NCBI GenBank assembly: GCA_009103225.1
Contig: RHPI01002069.1
Span: 2,318,846-2,382,845 of the forward strand
DNA from: Chlorokybus atmophyticus
Lineage: Eukaryota; Plantae; Mesostigma and Chlorokybus algae
Direction of reading: 5' to 3'
DNA: 64,000 bases
Of the stretch, positions 1 through 14,845 are shown in pieces; the stretch's first letter is position 1; each line of letters opens with the position of its first letter. The notes below the pieces were generated by a model, which searched no databases, was not told the origin of the DNA, and worked only from the letters and a program-made list of their open reading frames with translations. The translations under genes were made by a program, and so were the position numbers.

Positions 1-1566
1 CTTATCTCCCATAGCCGCGATCGCACTCGCCGGTGGCCCGACAAACGTGATGTCTCCCCGCGTATCTTCGAGCGCGGCGGCGAGCTCGCGCGACTCCGAT
101 AAGAAGCCGTAGCCCGGGTGGACGGCGTCGGCGCCGCACGCGCGGGCGGCTGCGAGGATGTGAGGGACGGAGAGGTAACCGTCGAGGACGCCCGCGCTGC
201 CAGCCGGACCCTGCGAATGGGGATGTGGCGTCATGAGAGATAAATGGTCTGTACGTAGATGTGAATGTAGATGACATGTGTGCACGTTTATACACACCCG
301 TGAGCATGCGAGCGCGCATACACAGAGGTCAACAAGTCAGAAATGCAGTTAGCGCAAGCATGCACATGCACACACACAACAACAACAACAATGCGCACGG
401 ATGCACACATGCACGCGCACGCACACACGCACGAACGCACGCACGCGTCAACACCACATACACTTGGCCCACAACACCAAGACAATCTTCCTCACACGTA
501 CACAAGCATCCCCACACTCCCTACCAGTCCCACGGCCTGGTCGGTGACGCGCGTGTGCAGCGTCCCCGCATCGGGGTCGGTGAAGACGGAGGCGGTGGGG
601 ATGCCGAGACGGGCGGCGGTGCGCGCGACGCGGCAGGCGATTTCGCCGCGGTTGGCTATAAGAAGTTTTGAGAAGAGAGGCTGCGGACAGACAAAGGGCG
701 TTCATGCACGTGCATGAGTGCGAAGCAAGGTCACATGGGATTGCTGACTGACTATTCTCAACGCTTACATAAGCGGGTTCGACTACACCTGCGTCTGTTC
801 ATGTGTGGTCTGAGTGATGACCTACCCAAATACCACCGTAAGTACATTTCTGTATGCGTTGCCTTGTGTGCACTGCCTTGACAATGACTTCAACACTATA
901 ACTTCAACACTATGCACGTGTGCAGGTTGACCTTTTTGCTGGTCTATACGTGAATCAATGAATTGGACGAGGAACAACGGTTGTGTACATGAACGGCGGT
1001 AAAGATGAACTCACAACCCACGACTGACGCATGCATGGCGGCGTAGTGTGTCGAACAACACGTTGTTTATACCAGTGCTGTCAAGCATGTTTGTGACTGG
1101 CGCGAGTGAATGACACTGACAAGCCCATGATGTACATACAAATATTCTTGTTCACTTATATCACCTCAATTTTCAGATCACCACATCAGACGCACGCGAT
1201 GGAAACACGTGAAAAAACAATCCACAACACTGGGTTATTACCTTGTTTCACTCCATCACCCCATACCGTCACCCCATAACATTACAAGCAGCACGCTGCG
1301 CTAGCTGCATCTCAACTAATCCACTTGACACATGCACCACAACTTCACACCCTCGGCATGTCATCCTCAGCAAAGGCAGCATTCCCTTCCCACTGCACCT
1401 TGCCAGCTTCCGAATGCTGTGCCCGCCACGACCTCCACCATGGCGAGCTGGACGCCAACGAGGAGGAGAGCCCCGACGGATTCAGTACAATCGATGACGT
1501 TCCCCGCCTGACCCTCCTCGCGACAGTCGCCGCCGCCGCCGCCCGCAGCAACGGCGGCAGCGCCAT
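1..1566 (-). CDS. 5' part of a mitochondrial biotin carboxylase-domain alpha subunit (methylcrotonyl-CoA carboxylase alpha-like; propionyl-CoA carboxylase alpha not excluded); gene continues off the left edge
   Basis: Exons 1566-1399, 680-525 and 210-<1, all phase 0 with GT-AG introns. Exon 1 is an Arg/Ser/Ala-rich presequence ([22 protein letters not shown]...). The next exons give [17 protein letters not shown]...[11 protein letters not shown]...[15 protein letters not shown], the biotin carboxylase N-domain signature. This gene is missed by the ORF track. Confidence 0.9.
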
Positions 1567-4500
1567 TGGCGCCTGCAACAAACAGAAGCTGACGTGGAAG
1601 CTGACTGACGGAAACGCTGCATGCATGTGGGTTTGTAATGAATTATATAAAAACGTGATGTCAATGCGCGCGACGGTACAATAAATGTTGGACACGTGGT
1701 CATGACGATGGTGTGTCACAGGCTGACCTCAGAGGTCAGCCAGCCGGGGCCCTGGCCAAGCCCCCCTGCTTGCCAGTGTAACTGCCTATTGGATTGCAAG
1801 CATGCGACACCATCACACACAGTGAGCGCCACCACGTGTAGTATAAGGTAATATAATGGAGTACTATGATGTGGGTTGTGGATTTGATATTGTTGATGAT
1901 GCAAGAAGGCGGTTTAAGGTTCGTTTTTAAGTAGTAATTATTCTGTTGATGATCTTTGATGTGAAAGTAACATTTAATATCCATAAGCTGTTACAGCAAA
2001 TAGACTTAACTTGCTAGGTTTTTTGCCGATAATGGATTCTTAAATATACTTGATATTTGCTTTACATATGAATGGAAGAAGGCGCTTTGGCATGAGGGGG
2101 GGAAACAATTTTACAGTACAAGTTTATGTGGGTTGGTCACGGGATTCATCTATGATGTGGTACATGAAACATATGCAAATAGCAATGCTTTCAACGTGGG
2201 TTTTGCATAAAGAACCCCAAGTGACTCGAAGTGTATTTATGTACATGAAACAATAATTAAGGCACGTGGACTACGCATGGCTTCAATGTCTGCTAGCCTT
2301 GTCTCCAAGAAGAGTCACGAGGCACAACCTTAGTTGCAACCTCACATCCAAGTACAGTGCTGAACAATGCTGTAACGAGAGCAATGTGATAGGAGTATTA
2401 TTGCTACACGTATGACTCAATATGCCATTTATATGGTATACATAAGATTATTGAAATACTTGTTCATACCCACGATTTTACGATTCCTCGCTTATCAAAG
2501 CTGAATTATAGCTTTGGTAGGTTCAATGGGTGTAGGTACGCTGGTTGAAGCCTATTTGGTGTCGCAATTCATTTATATAATCGTTACATTCAGGTATTGA
2601 GTTACGTACCTGTCACTCATTGTACCTCATTGATGTGTATCTTATTGTATTGTAACTAATAAGCTAATATTGGAGCTCTTATTGGCTCACGCTAGACGCT
2701 CCTATGGTAGCCTTGTTTATAGAGTTGCATATCAAGACACATATACGTGCTAAACTCTTTCATATGATATTAATGTAAATGGCCCATCAACTATGGATCA
2801 ATTGCTTCATTGCCACGTATAGCGTCATACCGCCGGTGGCTGGTTGACAGGCTTATGGAAGGCGGTATGGGTGTTGGCAGAGTCCACTCTCTATATAGTG
2901 ACCACGAATGTCGAGACATTTTGTCATGAAACGGAGCTGTCGTTCCTTCGACATACTTACGGACCATTTGCATGATATGGAGGTGTCGTCCTTTAATATG
3001 GTCACGGACGGTCACCACAACGCAGTATTGCTATACAATGACAATGTGTTATTGCAACAAGGAATTTGTTATCAAAATATATGCATTCATATACACTTTG
3101 TATAGTATACATTTGGTTTGTAGAATGCAAGATATGCATTAATAAAAAGCCAAGCATCTGTACATAATGATAATTGATCACTATATAGAAAGGTTCATGC
3201 CGTTCCATATTGGCAACTAATCACAACATCGAGACATGCAAACCTTAACAATCAATTGATCCATATATATTGCCCTCGTTAGGGTGACACTCCCTTCTCG
3301 CACCAATTGTCATTGCAGAGAGTTTGATAGTCATTGTTGAGGTTAAAATTTGCCTTATGTACAACGTTGAATAAGTACTTGACCAATACTGAGAGAGTAT
3401 TGTCCACACGAGTACCACTCACGATGATTACGACAAGGCAGGTACATTGTAGAGAATTGCAGGGACATTGGCGTCATAGCCGACGTGCTGTTACAAATGC
3501 TGACAATTTGCACATTGTTGTATAGCTTGTCTATGCACTGTGCATAAAGGCTAGAATTTATTTAACCATCAGGGACCGAGGCCTCAGGGACAATGCCACG
3601 GTGATATAAGAGGTTGAAAATATACTGATGGTTGTCTTTTCAAATGGTCAAAGGATCGTGCTAAAATAGAACTGTTAATAGCAATAACATGTCCGCTTAG
3701 GTACTTACTATCTTTGTGCACGGATATTGTGTTGGCGGGCAGGTTAAAATCCGGAGCCCTTCACCGAAATACACAAGAATAATGAGCCCTTCACTCAAGT
3801 GCATCTCGTACTTGATGGCGTCGACTGCAACAACGAGCCCCAAAGACCGTATTTAACTTACCGCCATGTAAGTGTCGTTGCTCATTGCATGAGTGCTTGT
3901 GCCTACCTGTATTTTCAACTTATGCACACTTACCGACAGAAGCGGTTGCACTGCAAGTAATCTGCCGTGTGTGGTCACAGACCGTAACTCATAATAATTA
4001 TAAGAGCCGTGCAATGACTATCAGTGTGATTAATGTTTGTAATACTACTCTGTCACTAATAAGCATTTTGACAAATGCAAACAAATTCTGTTACAAGGTT
4101 CAGGAGGTGTTTTATACGGCTTTTGTGCCGCCATGCATACTACTCGCCACGCCGGTTCTACGCGAGTCGCTGGCTAGTTGCCAGTGGCAACGCCAGCAAT
4201 ATGGTTGGAAGTTATGTACGCATCCGCTAACATCGACAAGGACAGCTTTAACATTATGCACTTCGGGACGTCAGTCGCAGCAAGCTTCAGTTGCAGCAAT
4301 CATCTTCATTTTGTCCCATGGTCCTCACGTGCGAGCAATATGGCGTGCGCGATTGGCTTAGATGATTGCAGTGACGTGAGGTCACCGTCTACCGCCGCAT
4401 GCCTTTCGGAACTCGCGCATGCGGCTGCAAGAGCAAATGATCTGCGAGCTCCGAGCTCCGAGAGAGTCTCCACCAACATTACGAGCATCAACAACATGAT

Positions 4501-6944
4501 ACGCGTTAGCACTCAATGGCAACTCTTAAGGTAATAAACACATGAGTGAGAAATTGCCATCAAATCAATAGATACACAAAAAATATCCTCAACCCACAAT
4601 TGCACGCAAGTCTTGAGAAGCGTTCTTTTAAATCCCATTGCTAGCCTCAGGCGGCTTATATGTTGCGAGCAAACAATAAATGTGAAGTTGCATCCGCAAA
4701 TGTTTATTAATTTATTAAATTCAAGTGGTCGCTTGATGTGACCAGCAAGTAGGGCTTACCCCTGCTAAAAAGGCTTAAAAGCGGCGTTCTTAAAGTGTTG
4801 TTTTACTTTTGCTTTGTTTTACTTTATCAACCACCGCCATAAGCAAAGCAATGATATCACACCCTGAAGGGAGATTGCAAACAGCTTCAAGGTTAGAGTG
4901 ATTGAACTTGCTGAGCAATCCACTTGCATATCGCAAGAATAACTCTTGTGAAATGCAATGCAACATGTAAATGAACACAACCGTCTTTGGTTAGCAATCT
5001 TAATGCGGTGTTACAAGCACAATATCTGATGAGAGTGTTGTGCGTGCTATATGGATATGTGCATGCGGCACGCACACTCATCTAACAATAGACAGACAAA
5101 GTAAATAAATGAAATAAGTGTACAATATTTTTAAAATACTTCCTCTTTTTGTTTTGTGTTGATATGGCCTTCATTTTTGCTTAGACATATTGAGTAATCA
5201 TTGTCATTGATGCTTATGCTACAATGAAGATTAATGAACTATGTGGCAAGTTAAAATCATAACGATCGTGCGTTTAAAAGCTTAACAGCTTGTTTTAGTT
5301 GCACACAACTCTGCACTCGCTGAGTTTACAGGTTACACATAACCATATTAATGATACATCTTGGCTGATGCTGATGTCATCATATCAGGTTTGCTCACCA
5401 TGACTATAAGTGAGAAGGATCTCATGGAAAGAGTGACCGTGTTGGAAGAATGGATAAACCTCAAAGGCTTGGCGCACCAAGATGTTTAAAGCAGAGAATT
5501 CCTCTTCGTTGTTAATAGTGTTGTCACCATTTTATCTTTAACTAAAGGGCCCTTCAAAAAGCAATGACCTTAATGATTGCATTCTTGAGGGCCATACTTT
5601 GTGTAGCAGTCAATAACTCGATGTATATAGTTGCAGCTGAAGCCAGCACTCCACTTTGAATCACTTGTCACGAATGAATGTTTCATAAAACTCGGACGCC
5701 ATGATAAAAGGTGTCGTCTAGACGGGTTTCGATTCTTCACAATATGTAGCTGACGGAGGGAGCATGCGCTGTCGGGTCGGGCTTTAATAAAGATAGAGGG
5801 GCCAAAGGTCAGAAGATCGGGAGGAGGCGTCACTTAGCGACGGTGGCGGCATGTAAAAATAGTCCACTTGCTTTAGCCCAGAGAGCTTATGCAATTTTAT
5901 ACTGCTTCTATCATGTGCCCTTTGAAGGGTAAACCTTTATTGAATACTATCACATAGTTCAAATCAGCTAAGACCTCTGTCTTTCATTTCAATTATTAAA
6001 TTGTTGGCTGTAATACCAGCCAGCAACTTATCCAATGCGATGTAGGTAAACCGATGTTTTTTGCTAACATGCTAAGGATACGACACATACATTCCTATAA
6101 TTACCTGCTATTTTGCTATAGATTGGTCAAACATTAATATATGAAGTAGTAGTCACAAGCTGCAATATTTAGCTCAAGATGCAGCAAAAATTTAGCATAA
6201 TGTTGAATAGTTACAGTAGTTATACTTATGGTCATAACTTCATTCGAAATTCATTATGTCTAGGGAAGTTACAATTGCCGCTACATATTTGCTAAAGCCA
6301 TAAATTGGGGTAAAATGAGCAATGCAAGGTGCAATAAAAATGTAACTGAACCCATAACTTATTGCTGCATTGAATGCAATTGAAACAATTGTGGCCACAT
6401 CATTGAATACAGGTTATCCCAAAGATGTTTATAGCACGCTTGTGGATTCAATGCGTTGATCTGCGGCGTATTAACGCGACGGTTGCGATGCCATTGATAA
6501 AATGTTTTTGGTGATACTGCAGCATGCAAACCATAAGTAATTACGCTTATATGTCTTTTTCATTACGACGGTGGCGCTTGCCGAGATGTATAATACACTC
6601 AAATAAGATTCAAAATTGATAATTTGTTTAAGAGCTGATAAACATGATTATGACGCCTATCACGTAAAGCATGCTCCCTTACAATCTACCAAATTGACAA
6701 CACAATTGTATAAGACTTTATTCCTCAAGCGTGTGCAATAGCTTATTGATTTTCTCATATACTTACTCTTTGAGCTTTTTAACTTTTGGTAAGGTGAATC
6801 TTGTATGCATAAACTTGTTTGCATAACGTTAACTTGTGTAAGTGTTATCATAACATGAATGTAACTCATCTTAATTATCATGACGTAACATATAAGCAAT
6901 AACACCTGTGCTACATTAGTATCATGTGTGACATAATCCCTGAT

Positions 6945-7131
<187 letters not shown>

Positions 7132-7544
7132 TGGCCTGCATGCGTATATCAAACTCTCCGAGTCACAAGACGCCATTCCTACATCCATTGCTGCCATGAG
7201 ATCGCACTCCAGACCAGATTGGGAGGGGGTACAGTCACTGTACGTGCATCGCTCATGATTGACAAGGCCGCGGTGTGCCCTTCAAACTAAAAGCAGAGTG
7301 AGGTGCCCATTTTTGGATACACCAATTTCAAGTGCAGAGCGGGGCGGGGCAGGCGATATCCACGCCACCAGGCCAGAGCAGGCCACAGAGGAGCACCAGG
7401 CCACAGTTCAGACCAGGCCACGCCACAGAGGAGCATCAGGCCACAGCCCGGATCAGGCCACAGCCAGAAAAAGCAGGCTGTCTGCAGCTGGGCGGCGGCA
7501 TTGTTGTTGTTCTTGTTGTTGTCGTGGTTGTTGTCGTCGTCGTC

Positions 7545-11071
<3,527 letters not shown>

Positions 11072-11817
11072 AAATGGATGTAGTGTTGATAGAGCAGTTT
11101 GGGGGGGAGCAAACAACAACAAGCACACACGACGCGAAAGAACACGTAACCCGACATTATTGGTTTCACCACACTCTCTGTGTGTGTATGTGTGCCGCGA
11201 GGTACGTGACCCGTGCGGACACACACAATGGTTTGTAGGTTGGATGTAGAGAGAGGTTTTTATGCGAAGCCCACGCTCGCGCTAGCAGCTGCCTGTGTGG
11301 GTATGTGCTTTATTTGATCACAATGAGAGAGAGGCTGTAGAGCTGTAGTCTGTAGTATCATTGGTTTCGCGAACTCTGTAAGGGATCTGTTTATAGAGGT
11401 CTTGTCTTTTCCAAGTGAGCGAGTGCGTGGTTAACTGGACTGATGGTTGACTGATTGACTACGTCAAACGATCAATGAGTGAGTGCCTGGAAGGAACAGT
11501 TGGATAAATAAAAGTAGGAGAGCATGTGTGCTTTGCTGAGTAATTGCTCATTCATCAAGGGTTCACTCATGATATCATGAGAACATGATAGCGTCTGCCT
11601 GATTGTCTCAGTACCAAGAGGTTATCCAGTGGATGCATACACGAGTTGCAAGATGCTCACTTTAATCTGCAATACGTCGCAAAATGGCACACTGGATCCC
11701 AACCTGTTCGTATTGCAAACCATCGTATGCAACAAACTGTTCCTGTTTTACATCAGTGATACAGTACTATATGGTAGTCCTGTGCTGCTACAGAGGTCGT
11801 GCTAGCCAGAGTTGAAC

Positions 11818-13742
11818 CTAGATGTAGTTGGTTCTCAGGACTTCAATGAACTCCTCTGTTGATATCATCTTGTCGCCATCCTGTCAGGTTGTCAAACAGT
11901 CAGCAAGCAAACATAACGTGGATATGCAAGCGTATGCTCCTTGTTACATGATATCAAAGTGTTTGAGATTGCATATTGCGCATCGTAAATGTTTTGTCAC
12001 GCACCGTATCGGCTTTGTCGAAGACTTCAGCGATCTCGCTCTCGTCGTAGCCGGTGCGTTGGAGCGCCACCATAAGCTCCTGCACGTGGTCGAGAGAGTG
12101 TGCGTGTGCGTGTGCGTGTGCATCCGCGTGCGCGCATGCGTGTGTGTGTGTGTGTGTGTGTGTGCACGTGCGCATGCGCAAGTGCATGTGCGTACGCACG
12201 CATGTGGTGTTCTTGTGTGTGCTCAATCCGTTGGCATGTATTGCACAGACTTTGCATGGATAAGATCACTCTTCCCGACATCAATTGCATGCAAATGCAG
12301 TGTTGCAATAGAAAACAAACTCACTTTGTGGCTCAAGGTACCGCTCTTGTCCGCATCATAAAGCTGGAAAATGCTCCTTATCTCCTCCAACTGCGCGGCG
12401 CTGCACACAGACACAGCCATTTCCAAAACATAAGACCAGAGTCACACTCTAATGACACATTTCACTACAACACAGCGTGACCACCTTAGCATGAATAAAC
12501 GTCCATACAAATAGTAAGTCATGCGCAGTAGCAACCATTACTCACTCTAATGTGGGCTCGATCGGGTCTTCAACGACAACTTCCGGCTCCACGTGCACCA
12601 TCACAACCACAGTCAAGGCCCCACATATCATGATCAATACACTATGCCAACAACAATGACACTGACGACTAGCTATGAGCATGGCTGAGTGAGACAAACT
12701 ATGTTTATGAAAAAGAGGATATCCATTGGACCATTGTTTGGAACTCGCGCTCGCTCGCGTACGGGTAATACAGCCGCAGATACTCCCTGAAGCTGAGGTG
12801 ACCGTCGCCATTGAGGTCAACAGCCTGGGTGACGAGGTGCGTGTGCGTGTGCGTGTGCGCATGTGTGCATGTTGGTGTCCATGTGTTCCTGTGCACGACA
12901 CCAACACATGTGCGTGCGTGTGTGGTGCGCGCGAGCACCATGCGTGCAGGCGTACGTGTGTGTGCATGTGTACCTGAAAGACTCCTGTCGTGGACTTGTC
13001 GCCCAACGCCAGCTGCTCCCTAAGCACATCAGCCATCTCGTGTATGCTCACCGTGCCGCTGTTGTCCTTGTCGTGCTGCATCGACGATTATTCATGTATC
13101 AAGTCATGCCAGTGACACACTCACGTTGATGTGACATAATCAACACAATATGTGCATTGACAGAATACACACAAGCACGCGCTCACTTGGTCGAAGATCT
13201 CTTTCAGCTGCATGACTTCCCGCTTGCTGTACTTTGTGCCTTTGCCGAGCTTCTTCTTCACTTCTGCAGGCTGCATGTGTAATGCTTGTTAGTGTAGTGA
13301 CAAATAAATGGTGTGACATAGTTGAGGAATAAATACAGTACACACACCCACACACACACACACACACACAGGATGTAGTGAAATCGCACCACCCAATGAA
13401 CAGGATCTTCACGCATATCCCCAACACATTGCCATGGTATACACTATGTTGCAAAGTGTACTTATTCCCATTGAATGTGCAAGTTTCTACCTTCTTGGAT
13501 GGCGACTTGTCCAGCTTCGCAGCGCCAGGCTTGGCATTCTCCTTATCCTTGTTGGGTGCAGCTGCCGCCCCCTTGACATTGTTGCCCTTGTCCTGTCCCA
13601 GACTAAGCGACCTGTCCAGCTTGCCCGCCAGGGCAGAGGCGGACGTCTTAGCTGATGCTGACTTGGTCAGCGCCGGGCCTGCAGCCGCCGCCGCCGCCGC
13701 CTTGGCCTGGCCGGTGGGGGAGCAGGGAGAACGCTTCATCAT
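11818..13742 (-). CDS. Calmodulin-like protein with four EF-hands and a basic low-complexity N-terminal extension, 266 aa
   Basis: Exons 13742-13491, 13270-13187, 13075-12974, 12824-12723, 12592-12546, 12400-12325, 12079-12005 and 11880-11818 (801 nt, frame closes). EF loops DKDNSGTVSIHE, DLNGDGHLSFRE, DADKSGTLSHKE and DTDGDKMISTEE. Confidence 0.9.
12593..12722 (-). other. U12-type (minor spliceosome) AT-AC intron, 130 nt
   Basis: Donor TGG|ATATCCTC, branch site CCTTGAC at 12618-12612, and acceptor GCAC|GTG 20 nt downstream of the branch A. Removing it joins MVQW|VEPEV in frame. Confidence 0.88.
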
Positions 13743-14845
13743 GGTTGCTTGCCCTGCTGCTGTCCTTGACGCCTCTCTCTCTCTCCCTCAGGCCTGGTCT
13801 GGTATGCCTCTGGTCTGGCGTGGTCTGCTCTGGCCTGGTCTGATCCTGGTCTGCTCTCTGGCCTGGTCGGGGGTGGTTTCTCGCCTGGTTGCGTCAGTCT
13901 GTGTCTCTGACGCTCTCTGCTGCTTGACCGCACAAGGGGAGTGCCACGTGAGCGTGAGAGACGGTTGCACAAGGGGGCACAAGGGGGCACTAGCTGTCAC
14001 GTGACGACGCGACACTCGAAATGGCGATGTGTCGTCGTCATTCGCGTGGGACACACACGAGAGAGACAAACTGTTTGCCCGGTGGATAAAACTTGGGTAG
14101 GCTTCTCTGGAAACCTTCCACGGTCAGTCTGTCACGGTAACAGTGTCACCACACCCACCCCCTGAAAAAGCGACCACCTCCACACCTGCAAGCTGTCAAG
14201 AAAGTCTATCTCAATGCCAAGGGGGAAAGGGCAAACACAAGCTCAGCCTAGGGGTCTTTGACGTAAGTAACAACAAGCAGTCGAACAAAGCAAGCATACC
14301 ATGATAGAAAAGACATAGCAGGCAGCAACGAAACTGAGCAAGCACAGGTTGCGGAGATTATGGTTTTATAAAATGTCACAAGCTACATGGTTGTGCACAA
14401 TACATGCATACAAACTCACACATTATTACACCATGACCTGATACAAAAAAGCACGACCAGTGTACAACGTTGTTTTGCCAGTAGATGACTCCGTTGCAAA
14501 ATACTGTGATGCAGCTTGCATTGCCGCGCCGGTGCCAGCAAGGAAGTTGTAACCCTTCCCAACCCTGCTCACACGCACACGCATGCGTGTTGCGCATTTT
14601 CTGGACAGTATTACGTGCATGCTGCAAATGTGCTTCAGATTCTGTCCACATGTACACGCGCATGTATGCACCATCTAGCCAATAATGCGCTGTACAAGAA
14701 CGGAGCACTTGCCATGATCGCATTAGCCGCGTGGGCAGCAAAGGTGCACAGCTGCAAGTTGTCGGACATATAGTTAACTAGCATGTCTGCTATACAAAGT
14801 TCCCTTGAAGGAAGCTGCTGTTGTTGCTCTGTCTTTCGGCCACTT

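Noticed and set aside
261-717. Plus-strand ORFs 261-671 and 343-717
   Set aside because: They are antisense shadows of the biotin carboxylase exon plus CA-repeat intron.
4178-4534. Overlapping ORFs, one with a signal-peptide-like start
   Set aside because: No motif, no consistent splice chain, and stops in flanking frames.
4774-4786. 13-mer CTTAAAAGCGGCG shared with 28080-28092
   Set aside because: 13-bp matches are expected by chance in 64 kb.
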